Position numbers and translations under genes: made by a program
The notes under the pieces: generated by a model
What the model saw: only the letters and a program-made list of their open reading frames with translations
Database searches by the model: none
What the model was told of the DNA's origin: nothing
Origin: the human T2T-CHM13v2.0 reference genome, Homo sapiens
Strand: one strand, 5' to 3'
Assembly (NCBI RefSeq): GCF_009914755.1
Contig: NC_060938.1
Length of the DNA stretch: 64,000 nt
In this document: positions 45,011 through 61,021 of the stretch, in pieces
Layout: every line of letters starts with the position of its first letter
How positions within the stretch are numbered: position 1 is the first letter of the stretch

Positions 45011-46167
45011 TCAATTTACCATTCATTTTAGATGTTATTAAAATGAAGAATATTTTTAAACACTAATTTTATTATCGTTTTATTCCCTAAACATCTGAAG
45101 TTTGATTTTGAGTAAGTAAATATAGTCTATAGTCACATATGTTCCTGTACCTTAAAAGTTAGCAAAGAATTTTGTGCTTAGAATAACCAGCAAGTTGTGT
45201 TTTTTTTTTTTTTTTTTGCTCTTAGGAAGAAAATATAAATACTATCAATATCTAATTGAAGTTATCAATATCTAAAGTTTATACAACAATTAAAATGTAG
45301 ATGTATTGAAATATCTTTATATGAGGGATATATACCTTTAATCCACTAATGTCTAATACTATATTCAAACAAAATATGTAATTATTACTTCTTTGTAGGT
45401 TTCTCTTACTGTCCTTTGAGCAAAAGAATTTAGATTGCTCTGGTTAAGTTATATTCTTAACTCAGGGTTTTTAATGTATGAGTCTGAAAGGCAGTGTGAA
45501 TTCCTTTACCTATAAAAATGGCACTGCTGATTCTATATCAGCATAATATTTTCTCTGGGATGTTTTCCTAGTAGTGTTAGTTTTTACAAAGTATTGAATA
45601 TTGTCACTATTTTCCTTTGTGAACACCAGGGTGATTATGTGATATGGCTAGGTCATTGGCTAAACCTGGGTTCCCAAGTCTCTGGAGAAGCTCATAAAAT
45701 GGCCATACTTCCAGCCTAAATCAAGTCACTAACTGGTGACGGCAAATTATTTTTTTCCTATTTTTAAGAGCCTAACCAAAATCAATAAGACTATACTAGA
45801 CATCAAGCTTCTTTGCTTTTGCTGAAATTATATCAACATTGGTATGACAATATGTTCAGCTATTAATGACATTATAGAAATAGATTCTACACATACCGTC
45901 AACACACAACAAAAAGGTTGGAAACCAGTGAATTAGTGAGATCAAAAATACATTCTCTGAACAAAAATATGTTTTCTTTTGTGAACATTTACCTCATCTG
46001 GGGGGTGTTGAGCAATAATATTCTCTGCATTATTGGTTAGATCCAGCATTTCTCAAACATACTGGTCTCCAGACCCCTTCATGCTTTTAACAATTATTAA
46101 GGACCCCAAATTACTTCTGTTTATGTGGGTTATATCTAACAATATTTGTTGTACTAGGAATTCTGAG

Positions 46168-46441
46168 GGCCAGGCATGGTGGCTGTAATCCCATCACTTT
46201 GGGAGGCCAAGGCAGGTGGATCATCTGAGGTAGGGAGTTCAAGACCAGCCTGACCAATGTGGAAAAACCCTGTCTCTACCAAAAATACAGAATTAGCCAG
46301 GCGCGTTGGCACATGCCTGTAATCCCAGGTACTCAGGAGGCTGAGGCAGGAGATTCGCTTGAACACGGGAGGCGGAGATTGCTGTGAGCCAAGATCATGC
46401 CATTACACTCCAGCCTGGGCAACGAGAACGAAACTCCATCT
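46168..46441 (+). mobile_element. AluS (Sp/Sq-like), essentially tail-less
   Basis: Alu body ends aaactccatct with no poly-A. Confidence 0.92.
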
Positions 46442-47092
46442 AGCTAGAAATAAAAATAGTAAAGCCTTTACATGTTAACATAAACAACATATTTTATGAA
46501 AAAATAAGTATATTTTCCACAACCAAAGAAAATCTGAAAATAATGGCATTGTTTTACATTTTTTCAAATATATGTTAATATCTCGCTTAATAGAAAATAG
46601 CTGGATTCTCACATTTGCTTCTGTATTAAGTCTTGTAATATGTTGTTCTGATTGAAGAATAAACAAATTGAGCCTCATATAGATATATAGTTAGAAAAGG
46701 AAGGACTATATTGTTCACATTTTTTTATAATTGTGGATGTTCTTTGATACCATACCAAAAATTTACAATTTTTAGTTTAGTAAAGGTTAGTTGAAATGTT
46801 GAATCTAAAACCCTGGCTAGGACCATTCCATACTCACACCTTAAAATCCATTGGTCTGTCTTGCACTTCAAATGGATCTTTTACCCAGGCATGATTTTGG
46901 AACACATATATTGGTCATTTGGAAAATATAAATTCTTCCAAAAGTTGACATATTTTGTTATATTATATCAAAAAGTCACCTTCATTAATATAATCACCAA
47001 GCTCATCTAAAAAGTCTGGAATGTACTGGAAGCTCTTAAGCTCATAGTGGCACATAGACATTTTCTAAGTTCTAATTTATGCTTTGAAGCTA

Positions 47093-47419
<327 letters not shown>

Positions 47420-48590
47420 CTAGAAATAGTATTACTGGCAAAAAAGCAACAAATAGTTTTTTCTTAAATTGACAGACTTTGTTTATTTTTGAGAAAATGT
47501 ATACCAAACATCTAAGTCTGAATAATAATAATTTATTAGTTATTTCATTCTTTCAAGTAAAAATGGTATTCTGTATTAAAAACTAGCTATTCAGCTTACA
47601 ACTCAAACAATTGCATAAATAAGTGATTTTCCTTGAGACAACCACCATCCTTTGGTATGCAGAAGTATTTTGTTCATACGCCCCATTTTGTCACATTCAA
47701 GGCTCAAGTTTTAATTAATTTAATTTTCCCATTTTGTCACATTCAAGGGCCAAGTTTTAATTAATTTTAATTAATTAAATTTAATTTAACTAATATTAAA
47801 TAGTAAATTTAATGTGTATTAATATTGTCATATAATATTGTAATTACTCATGTAAATGTAAATATTACATTGAGGATATAGTAAATATTAAATTTACTAT
47901 GTCATTGAGGACAGTATTTCAAACTAGCTTTTTTAAAAAGAAAAACAGAAGATGGCAGTGAATAGAACAGTGATTGTTCATACTACTTGGATCTACTGCC
48001 TTAATTTATACTAGGATGTCAATCCACCATTGATTTTGTACCATCAGTGCAAATGTCAACGTAGCCAAAAAGGCAAATAATGTCTGAGTACTATTACTAA
48101 AATAATTTTGACTTTGTCAAGCCCTGAAAGGGTCTCCAGGACCCTCATGGGTTTGTGGATCAACTTAAAGAACCATTGATAAAATCAAATGAGCAAACTG
48201 GCTTATGTTTCTTGAAAATATTCTGGATGAAAATGATGGCTATTGAATCCTTTATATATATATTTTTTTTCCATAGAAGCAGTATTATAGTGGTATACTC
48301 AGTCCAAGAGATCTGATCCAATGACTACCGGTACCATGGTTAAGCATTATAAATAGTTTACCTGTCCTCTGTGATCCAGGTTAATCCTAGGGCAGGGAAC
48401 ACCTACACCTCTCTGATTCCAATGACAGACTTCATTAAATTTTTGAAGATATAAGACCAGAAGTTATAATTCCCAGCTAACTCCATTCATTTTCAATGTG
48501 GTATTACTTCTGCACTTGGATAATAACTAATTTTCCCCAGGATATTCTGTCTACTAATAGATAACATACAAAGCCCTCTTTTAAGAAATA

Positions 48591-48902
<312 letters not shown>

Positions 48903-49909
48903 TAACCTGGTTGTTGGCAGATAATTCTATTGAGTATATAACTGGGGATAGCTCATTTTTGAAATCAGTTTAGAACATTTAAAATGTGGGAAATTCAAAT
49001 AAAAATGCAAATTTTCACTGTTTTCTAAAAAGTCAGATCAACATTGCTGGCCCACCACTGATATAATACTCTATATCAATACTCAGCTAATATTCTTTAG
49101 ACCCTCCAGACTATTTTACTCACTTACATTAAATGCCTGACTCCTATGGACATTTAAGTAACTGATTTCTGCCCTAATTCTCTGTTATCTAATTTCTCCT
49201 CCCTTATAACATGTTTGTTTGGGGATTTATTCTCATTTGTTAGCGAAGCAGAATTTTGAGACTTCAAATAAAAGACAATTCCTTTACACCCTTTTCTAAT
49301 GAGAAAGGCACTACCTAGTATGGGAAAGAATTTAATATTTTGATGAAACTAAAATTACACAATAAAGCATTTTAACTATTTTTGGTCTATAACTTATTTT
49401 CAATAGTTTTCCTCTGATGTTCTGCTGGGTATGTAGGATTTTACCTCGATTTTTCTTTTTTCGTTCATGCAAGTGTCCCCTTTGTTTTTCATTATAATTA
49501 TCATTATAATGATAATTGAAAATGAAACTTCCCCATCTATTTCTAATTATTTAATGGTCACAGAGCTATGTTTATTACTGAAGCTAAATGTAACAACTAT
49601 GAAATGTATAATTGCCACTCTGAAGTCTAAACTTGCAAATGAAATTTGATATCTGAGAAGATATAGCAAACCAAAAATTGCTAACTGTAGAATTAACATT
49701 TTATAGCTAAGACAGACTGTAAGTGGTATAGTTTCTGTATAGTTTCTTTTTTGTTTAAAAAAAATGTACTTACTCATTTGGAAAAAATTTTTAAAATTCA
49801 CATAAAAAAGTTCTTATAAAATACCCTTCATAAATAACCACTGTTAAAATTTTGCTATGTATCATTCTCTTATGTTTTTCTATGCATTTAAATTCTTATC
49901 ATACCAAGA

Positions 49910-50150
49910 AGGCAGTGATTAAGAGCTCAGTTTCTGGAGTCTGACAGGCCTGATGATGAATCACTTAATACATGTGTGGCTTTCAAAAAGTTACTTCACC
50001 TCTATAACCTTAATTATCTCATCTGTAAAATGAAAAATAATGATACTATTTGCTTCATAGGGTTGTCTTAAGAATTTAAGTTAAAAATGTATATAAATCA
50101 CAGCACAATGATTAAAATATAAGTACTCATTAAACAGTAGCCATTATTAT
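49910..50150 (+). mobile_element. MIR
   Basis: tctggagtctgacaggcctg...aagttacttcacctct...ctcatctgtaaaatg...tcatagggttgt...agtactcattaaa. Confidence 0.8.
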
Positions 50151-50707
50151 TAAATTGTCTATAGCTTTTAACCTATCTTGCTTACTTAGTAATATGAGCA
50201 TCTTTCTATGTCATGAACATCTTTATATGTTGTAAATTACCTTCTACAATATTACTTGGATTTTTGATATTCTAATTGATAGATGTGACATAGTTTTTTC
50301 ACCAACCCGTATTTTGGATATTTTTGTTGTGTCTTATTTTCTAGTTTTAAAAACAATGCTGTAGATAATCTTTCAGAAGTTAAAGGTTTTGGAGTCATCT
50401 CTTAATCAAACTCAGTAACTTCTGTTATTTCTACTTTTATTGAAAGTATATGCAGAACTTTTAGGTCTAAGATTTCTATATTTTACATTGACAGCAGGAA
50501 TAGATCATTTTTATGTCTTCATGAGTTTAATGATATATTGGAAGAAGCAGTTTTTAGCATTTGCATTTGACTGATTTACTGGCAGACATTTAAAAACTAT
50601 AAACCCAAAGTCGTCTGAAAAGCTAACAAGCTTGAGTGTGTAAAAATATTATACTGCGAGGCACAGCATATTGAGTACCAGCCCTAGGCTACCATATTAT
50701 AACTTTA

Positions 50708-51008
<301 letters not shown>

Positions 51009-52263
51009 CTATGAGGACTAGTTGACCTCAGTTTCTGTTATTTGTAACACCAAGATATTAAATAACCTCTAAAGTCCCTTGTAGGCTTATAATTCTTTTC
51101 TTTTGAAATAGTTCCAGTATCAACTAAAAAATATTTTTAAGCCCTTCTCTCTCTGATATTTTATTAATCTCCAATTAATACAGAATAATTTACATGTGTT
51201 TATCTTTTGCATTCTGTTCTAGTACATAAAGTACTAGAGACAGAGATTATTAACAGAAAATGTTCTAACTTCACTTAAGATCTTTTACATTTAGGTAAAG
51301 CTTGTCTCTGTTAAATGAAATATTGATTTCTCTCGATATCCACTCTAGTTTTGTTCAAGTTATGAGAAGATAGGGAAGTGAACTGTTGAAATACAAGAAA
51401 TTGTGAAATTAAGAATACTAGCATTCAGTATAATTAAATAGCTTTGATTCATTTCAACTGTTTTTAATTGTTTGGGACATATTTTGTATAAAACAGCCCA
51501 ACAAATATAAGTGGTCCGTCCTATCATTATTTCAGCAACAAAATTTGTTAGATATTGGCATGATTTAGAGCTATTTAATATCCCATTTTGACTTTAATAT
51601 AGAGTACATCCCATAGTAAACTATCCTCTGGATCTTCATATCTTACAAGGATACATATTCTAAAATTAGGTATTTTCTGGCCCAAAATTTCAGGATTATC
51701 TCCCTACTCATTCTACTTTTGTTAAAGAGAAAACACAGAGTAATTCAGAAATTCATTGAATATTTCAGTGAATATTTTTAAATGCATATTATATGTCAAA
51801 TACTGTATTAGCTATTGGGGATACAGCAATGAATAGACATTTTAACCCTGTTCTTAAGGAGCTTATAGTGGTAATATGTGAAAATAAAATATTTACAAGA
51901 AATCTACCATATACAGGGTTGACAACCTCAAAGAGCTCTTCTAATCCAGTAGGAAAAAGTAAAAAAAGGATGAGTAAAAGGTAAGCATAGTCATTTAATA
52001 AAATAAATACATGCAGCACAGAAATATGTGGGGGGGGGGGGAGTACACTCTCACTAGAAATCTACTAAAAATTTAAAACAACACAAATTTTGCAATCAAA
52101 TTGATGACTATTTAAAAACTATAATCATCAGTACTGTAATGAGCAATGACATGAGTATTTCTTTTCAGACTAATAGGAATATAACCTTTCAAGCAATAAA
52201 TTCGTATAACCTTTCATACACATGTGTTGTATACCTGTGTTCTCTACTTAAAAAGTATATACA

Positions 52264-52567
<304 letters not shown>

Positions 52568-53028
52568 TCAGTCATTTTGTCTCTAGAAATGTATCCAAAA
52601 TAAATTATTAAAGAGGCCATCTCAAACTATGTACAGGAATTTTTATCACAGCATTATTTATATTTGTGAAAAATTAGAAATAATTTTAATGTGTATGGAA
52701 AATAACTTGTATTAATAGTACACACATATATAAGTTATTCTATAACCTTAAAAATCATCTCATTAAGAATATTTAATGACATGAGAAAATGCTGAAACTA
52801 CAATGTATAGTTTAAAAATTAGTAAACAATACTGTGTAGGAATAGAATAGCAAATTATTTCACAATATACATTATTTTTAAAACCAGGAAAATATACATA
52901 TCTGTTTGGTTTTTGTTTGTGTATTTTTTAGATAGGATCTGGTAATTACACGGATGTCCTTTGGCCTATTTTTCAGATTTGTAGCCAAACTTAATAAAGC
53001 CAACTAGAGTTATTTATACCTATATTTA

Positions 53029-55401
53029 CAGGCATACCTTGGAGATATTGTAGGTTCAGTTGCAGACCACTGCAATAAAGCAAAAATTGCAATAAAGTGA
53101 GTCACACAAATTTTTCGGTATCCCAGTACCTGTAAAAATTATGTTTATACTCTCCTGTAGTCTATTAAGTGTGAAAAGGATTATGTCTAAAAAAACACAC
53201 TGTGCATACCTTAATTAAAAAATACGTTAGTCCTAAACCGTTATTACAATCATCTGAGCCATCAGCAGGTCATAATCTTTTTGCTGGTAGAGGGTCTTGC
53301 CTCAATGCTGATGGCTGCTGACTGATCAGGGTAGTGGCTGCTGAAGGCTGGTGTGGCTGTGGCAATTTCTTAAAATCAGACAAGTTTGCCAGATCGATTG
53401 ACCCTTCCTTTCACAAGAGATTTTGCTGTAGAATGCAATGTTGTTTGAATGCATTTTTTCTACAGTGAAACTTCCTTCAAAATTGGAGTCAATCCTCTCA
53501 AACCCTGCTGCTGCTTAATCAAGTTTATTTATGTAAAATCATTTGTTGTAATTCCAACAAAGTTCACAGCATCTTTACCAGGAGTAGATTTCATCTCAAG
53601 GAACTCCTTTCTTTGTTCCTTCATAAGAAGAAACTTGTCATCTGTGAAAGTTTTATCATGAGTATCACAGTAATTCAGTCGCAACTTCAGGCTCCCCTTC
53701 TAATTGTAGTTCTTTTGCTATTTCTACCACATCTGCAGTTCTTTCTCCTCCACCGAAGTCTTCAACTCCTAAACATCCATATGGTTGGAATCAACTTCTT
53801 CCAACTCCTATTAATGTTGATATTCTGGGCTCCCATGAACCAAAAATGTTCTGAATGGCATCTAAAATAATGAATTATTTCTGGATGGTTTTCAATTTAC
53901 TTTGCTCAGATCAATTATAGGAATTACTATATGGCAACTGTATAGCCTTACGAAATCTATTTTTAAAATAATAACATTTGAATGTTGAAATTACTTCTTG
54001 ATCTGTAGGGTGAAGAGTGGATGTTGTATTAGCAGGCATGAAAACATTATCTCCTTGTATATCCCAATCAGAGCTCTTGGATGACTAGGTACAATGTCAA
54101 TGAATACTTATATTTTGAAAGGAATCTTTTTGTCTAAGCAGTGGATTTAACATATTTAGTAAACCATGCTGCAAAAAGATGTGCTGTCATCTAGGCTTTC
54201 TTGTTCCATTTGTAGAGCACAGGCAGGGTAGATTTTGCATAATTCTTAAAGGCCATAGTACTTCCAGAATGGTCACTAATCATCGGCTTCCACTTAAAGT
54301 CAGCAGCTGCATTATTCCCTACCAAGATAGTCATCCAGTCCTTTTAAGTTTTAAAGCCAGGCTTTAACTTCACCTCTCTAGCAATGAAAGTCCTAGATGA
54401 CATCTGCTTCCATTTATATAAGGCTGTTTTATCTACACTGAAAATCTGTTGTTTAGTATAGCTGCCTTCATCAAGGATTTTAGCTAGATTTTCTGGGTAA
54501 CTTGCTGCAGCTTCTACAGCAGCACTTGCTGCTTCACATTGCTCTTATGTTATAGAGACATCTTCTTTCCTTAGACCTCATGAGCCAACCTCAGCTAGCT
54601 TTCAACTTTTCTTCTGCAGTTTCCTCACCTTACTCAGCATTCATAGACTTGAAGAAAGTTACAGCCTTGGTCTGGATTTGGCTTTGGCTTTAAGGACTGT
54701 TGTGACTGGTTTGGTCTTCTATCCAGATCACTCAGACTTTCTCCATATTAGCAATAAGGCTGTTTCACTTTCTTCTCATTCATATGTTCACTGGCGTACC
54801 ACTTTAAATTTCCTTCCAGAACTTTTCCTTTGCATTTACAACTCAGCTGTTTGACACAAGTAGCCTAGCTTTCTGGCTGTGTCAGCGTTCAGCATGCCTT
54901 CCTCACTAAACTTAGTCATTTCTAGCTTTTGATTTAAAGTGGTAGACATGCAACTATTCCTTCTACTTGAACTCTTAGAGGCCACTGTAGGTTTATTAAT
55001 TGGCCTAATTTCAATATTATTATGTCTCAGGGAATAGAGAGGCCAGCCCACAGAGAGGTAGAAAGACAAGGAATGGTCAGTCTGTGTAGCAGTCAGGGCA
55101 CACACAGCATTTATCAGTTCAGTTCACTATCTTACATGGGCACCATTTGTGGTACCTCAAAACAATTGCAAAAGTAGCATCAAAGATCGCTGATCATAGA
55201 CAACCATAACAGATATAATCATAGTAAAAAGTTTGAAATATTGTAAGAATTATCAAAATGTGACACAGAGACAGGAAGTGAGCACTTGCTGTTGGAAAAT
55301 TGGTGACGATAGATTCGCTTAACACAGGGTAGCCACAGACAAACCTTGAACTTGTAAAAAATGCAATTATCCATGAAGCACGGTAAAACGAGGTATGCCT
55401 G
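53029..55401 (-). mobile_element. Full-length Tigger1 (TcMar) DNA transposon, transposase decayed
   Basis: TIRs caggcatacct / aggtatgcctg with TA TSDs, ~2.37 kb. ORF 54836-55105 contains the Tigger1 N-terminus-like ASKSSSRRNSCMSTTLNQKLEMTKFSEEGM. Confidence 0.95.
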
Positions 55402-55881
55402 TATACCACAGCATTTTTACATCCAGGCTAAGCCAGTCTCTTCTTAATCCTGCTGGATAGAAAATTTTATCATATTTCAGTGAAAGTTCAAAGATAAACT
55501 TTTTTTTGGTCTCATGTGCAAATAATAAAAAAAATTAAGAACATATAATGTGCTGCCTAAAGGTTATTTATTTTAACCCACATAATAACTCTTTTATTAA
55601 AGATGGGTTTTATAATTTCTTTTTAGACAGATAAGAAATTTGGAAAAAATAATTTCAGTTTAATTATTCTCTAGTTAGTGAACAGGAAATAATTTATATA
55701 AAGGTCTAATTTTATATAGATTAGATTTAAAGGTCTAATTTTGTATAGATTATACTGTCTTGGAATTAAAACTATATAGAACTTTAAGATCAAAATTATA
55801 AATGTGTAATAAAATATAAATAAATAAATGCAAATGTTAATATATCATTAGACATCAGAACCTTTAAAAAAGATGATTTCC

Positions 55882-56295
<414 letters not shown>

Positions 56296-57523
56296 TTATT
56301 AGTTTAGTTTTATAATTGTATTTCCTTTCCTCCAGAAACACATTAGCAATTATTTTTCCTTGACACATTTGTATATTAATCACCTCTCTTTCATTTCTTT
56401 CTTCCTTCCTTTATACTTATCTTAATAAATCACAAATTAAAATGTTCTATGATGAGGCACCAGCTTTACTGAAAGGGCTGAATAATATAATATTATAGTG
56501 AAGTGAAATATTAACTTAATTCCAAAAGTACTTTGTTATTTATAGGAATTTGTTTAAATGTTGAGCTCTTAAGCAAAACTTTAAAAAAAAAATCTCTTTC
56601 TCCAAATCATAGCTACCAGAAACGATCTATAGCTGCCCCAATATATACTGAGTGATACTGGTTGGAAAATAATTTCTAAGAAAAAAGTTTTATTTCTTTT
56701 CATTGATAATCATAATTTTTTTAAAAAGCCATGATATGGTATAATAAGGTTAAAAATATTAGTCTCAGAATAGTTCTGAAGGTAAACTAGATCTAAAAAT
56801 AAAATGGCCAACTCCTTAGCACAAACAAACAGAAAGAAATGTTGGTTTAATCTATGTAATTTTATTCTAAACTGATACAAAATGTATTATGGAGAGAAGG
56901 GGAGAAGGTCTACATTCGTTATTCCATAGGTAAGAGACTAAATTTAATTAAACAACCTGAGAGTCAGAAGGTAATATCAGCTGTACTTTCATATTATTTA
57001 TTGATGCATTCAGAAAGCCACTGAACTTCTCCAGACCTTGGTTCCCTTATCAGTAAAAGAAACACACAAAATATACAACATTTTCTAAAACATTTTCACT
57101 AAACATTTTGTAACTAAAGAAAAATATGAATGTATATACCCAGTGATATGTGAGTGTACCTTAATGCAGTTATCATAAGCCTGAAATTTCTTTGAAGTTT
57201 TGTATTTTATTTTAAAAATTAATATCAAGTTGATTTTTAAGCTATGAAATATATGTTTGGTTTAATTAAAATACTACATTTACAATTATTTTTGGCAAGA
57301 GAAGTGAGGGTGGGGCTAGATAGTTTTCTACCTTGTTAATGGTAGAAATCGTTTTCAGTGAGCTCAGTTTTGGGAAACTGAGCTAAATCAAAGGGAATCA
57401 ACATCACATATTAGTTTAGGATCCAGGCAATTTCTTTTGTTGCATAATATTACTAGAATCCAAATTCTTGGAAAAAAAAGTAAATAGAAATGTCAAAGTC
57501 ATTTTACTACAGGCCAGATCCTG

Positions 57524-57581
57524 GTAATTAATCACTGAGGATAGTTTCCCCAGTAATTAATCCCTGAGGAAAGATTCCCAG
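57524..57581. repeat. 29-bp imperfect tandem duplication
   Basis: gtaattaatcactgaggatagtttcccca / gtaattaatccctgaggaaagattccca. Confidence 0.8.
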
Positions 57582-58082
57582 AATGTTGCAAAAGAGGTAA
57601 TACAGTGCAACATTTTCAGAATATTTCTAAGGAATACTTTGTTAAATATATTCTAGTTGAGAGACTGAATAGAAGATTGAAGTATTTTGGATCCCATGGA
57701 TAATATCTTTTAACATCTTGGTAAAATACTTGTCAAAAGATTTCTTCATGATTAATGATGACATTTTTTGTTTTGCTCCTAAATTTTGATTATCAATATA
57801 TATAAGTAAACTAGTAATCTCAATTTACTCCACAATCCTCACAATTATTTACATTCAATTCTCAGACTTTGTTTATAATGCCGTGATAGTACAATATAAA
57901 CATTTACAGTTTAACCTCTCTTAGCTACTGATAGTGTTTTGCCTTTAGAAAAGTATGAATAAAAATAGCTAATGATGTGAAGCTCTTATTATTAAGAATA
58001 GTAAAGTCATTCATCTTATCTGAATGCTAATCTTTTGTGATTTCTTTTAAATTCTTATCTAAAATGTAATAATCAAGCATTT

Positions 58083-58431
<349 letters not shown>

Positions 58432-58612
58432 CTATAACTGATGATTAATGGAGGACTAAAATAAATAAGGACATTACATTTTAAATCTACTGATTTCACT
58501 TTTCTCTATTTCTCAAATTCTAGTTTATATAGACATCCTTTTCAAATTCTTTCTGAAGTTTTTCAGTATTAGGTATTATTGTTACCTGTTTCAGAAGCTG
58601 CAAAAAAATCAC

Positions 58613-58655
58613 ATGAAACTTGAATTGTAGCCAGATGAAACTTGAATTGTAGCCA
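58613..58655. repeat. 22-bp-period perfect tandem duplication
   Basis: atgaaacttgaattgtagcca g atgaaacttgaattgtagcca. Confidence 0.9.
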
Positions 58656-60795
58656 TTTCTGGCTTTGAAAAACACCTTGGCTTTCTAAGGTTTTCCTCTT
58701 ATGATGGTTTCAAAGACAGGCTTGTTTATAGAAATTTGAAATCAAGCATTGATGAGTGGTTTGCTCCCAAAGTCTCTATATAAATCAGTCTTATAATCTA
58801 GTTTTTACATTCAGAGTTTAGTGGTAACTGTCTTTTTTTCTTCTTATAATTCATTGTTTAAGTTTCTATACTTGCATTTGGAACTGAAATGGTACAGGAA
58901 AAATGTCTTCCATATATATAGTAACGTAAAATTTCTTCCACAGATGGAGAGAGACAGACAGACATAGTACATATACATACACATTCTGTTATAAGCATTA
59001 ATTTTTTTCCATCCCATATATTTTCAGGCCTGCTAAGGGAATGCTACTTTAAACTAGAAATTAGGGACTGTTGATTTCGTTCTTAGATTTGTCATCAACT
59101 TCCAGTGTAACCTTGAAAAAGATACCTAATGTTGCTGAGCTTAATGTAATTTTAAGCCTTCTGGAAATAAAAGACAACATAGAAAATGGTGTTCACTTAT
59201 TACTGTGTAAGTTCAGAACATCTTCACAGTTTCTGAAAATTTTCAGAAAGCCTCATGAGGCATCAGACTCTTATATTTTTATAGGAATCTACCAACTCTA
59301 CCTTTATAATCTAGATATTGTGAATCTGCATTTAAGATGGAAAACAGCTTTTGATATAAAGACCTCAGAAATCAAAGAAAACAGCACAAGAGGATGAGCA
59401 GATATTATGAACTCACTCTGAATTCACTCCATAGGGAGCCCCTCTCTTATAGGTGCTGATGTTCTAGTTAGTATCCATTGTTTCTAAATTTGACAATTCT
59501 GTTCCACTAAGAATAGTAAGAATTGGTGATTATCTTTTGGCCATAACATTTAGTTAATGCTGAAAAATTAGTAAAACTTGTTTATATCCAGTAGAGCCAA
59601 AAGTTGATGCAACTCTTATATAGCAATATGCTTTTATTCAAAACGAAAATTCCATTTTCTCAATATGATTATTCCTCAGCAATTTCCATATGCTATCAGA
59701 GATCTTCTAAAAGGGATAAGACAATATATATCCTGCTTCCAGGAAATAAAATTTTATAGGATGTTCAGGTTTCTATTATTTCTTGAAGACTTTAACTGGG
59801 AACTTTTGGCATCACACTGATATTTCTGCTATCTCCTAATATAAGCAGGAACATCACAGCTAACTTGACCTATGCTGGTCTGAATTGAGACCTCATTCTG
59901 GAATCCATAGTGTAAAACCACTTAGTCTGAAGCTTCCTATCCCCTTTGCTCTTCACCCTGCCGTTTTTTTTTTATTGCCTCCCTCTTTATCCAAAACATT
60001 AGTTCTCATTAGAGCTCTATTTAAAAAGTACCTCCTCTAATAAAACATTTTGTGTTGAGAAACTTCCCTTGCTCATTTATGCAGTAATGTGAAATGAGTT
60101 ATTTTAAAAAAAAAGTTTTACTTTTCATTTCCCGTCTTACCCAAGATAGCAAATTTTCCAAGAGGAAAATTCAGCTAAAATAACTGAAAGCTTTGAGGCA
60201 GTAAATATATCTAACATTGGTCTGGCATTAAAATTTTCTGGTTGGGCAGCACAATTGTTTAATTGGGAATCTCAGTGACAGCTGAACAACCTCAATGCTT
60301 GGGTCAGCAAGCAGAGGAGCTTCACTCTGTCACCTATCAAGAATGATGCTTGTCAGGACTGATCTTTCCACCTACAGAGCATTCATGTTTCTAGTCATAC
60401 CATTTATGTTTTCTAATATTACAATGGAATAGACACTAAAACACTAAGAGAGAAAAGTACATAGGTATATTTGTAATTCTTTGTTTTTTGTAAGCCAAAT
60501 GCAAATGTAACACTACTCCAGATACTGCTTCATCAGAAGTCCCCAAGATAACCAAAAGTAAGTGCCAATTTCCTCATCTCAGGGATAGTGCCATAACAAA
60601 GACTGAATTCTAGGGACCAGCCTATTTGCAGAGCATGTCATACAGCCTCTGGGTTAGTTAACTCCTTGGCCTCCTAAGAGCTACCACAGAGAGTCAATTG
60701 ATGTTTTTGCATGTATTACTTACTAATGTATAGAAAAATTTTTAAGTTCACTTTTTCTTTATTCTGTCTTTCTTACCCATCTTCCCTCATTGTAG

Positions 60796-60852
60796 CAAAT
60801 TAGACGGCCGGATGAAAGCAAAGGAGTTGCTAGTAGAGTTGGATCCCTCAAA
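60796..60852 (+). CDS. GPHN: Gephyrin alternative cassette exon C4a, QIRRPDESKGVASRVGSLK (19 aa)
   Basis: Acceptor cttccctcattgtag|CAA, donor AAA|gtaaat, 57 nt, phase 0/0. The peptide matches the known C4a cassette inserted after ...CPTPK. Confidence 0.93.
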
Positions 60853-60943
60853 GTAAATATGTTTCTAACATTTTTTGGCAAGATTTCGTCTATAGCCTAC
60901 ACTTCTTCCTTTTTGGAGGGTGGTGGGAGGAAGGGGGCTTTTT

Positions 60944-60962
60944 CCATTTTTCACCATCCCAT
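60944..60962 (+). promoter_or_regulatory. YCAY cluster (putative NOVA element) downstream of C4a
   Basis: Four YCAY motifs (ccat, tcac, ccat, ccat) in 19 nt, ~90 nt past the donor. Confidence 0.5.
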
Positions 60963-61021
60963 TTTTTTTATTTTAATATTTTTATTGGCTGTTGGGTCAT
61001 ATTACTTTTTTTTTGTTTCAG

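Noticed and set aside
59071-59397. 108-aa ORF in the repeat-poor region
   Set aside because: Non-ATG start, partly MIR-like sequence, no recognisable protein features or flanking splice sites.
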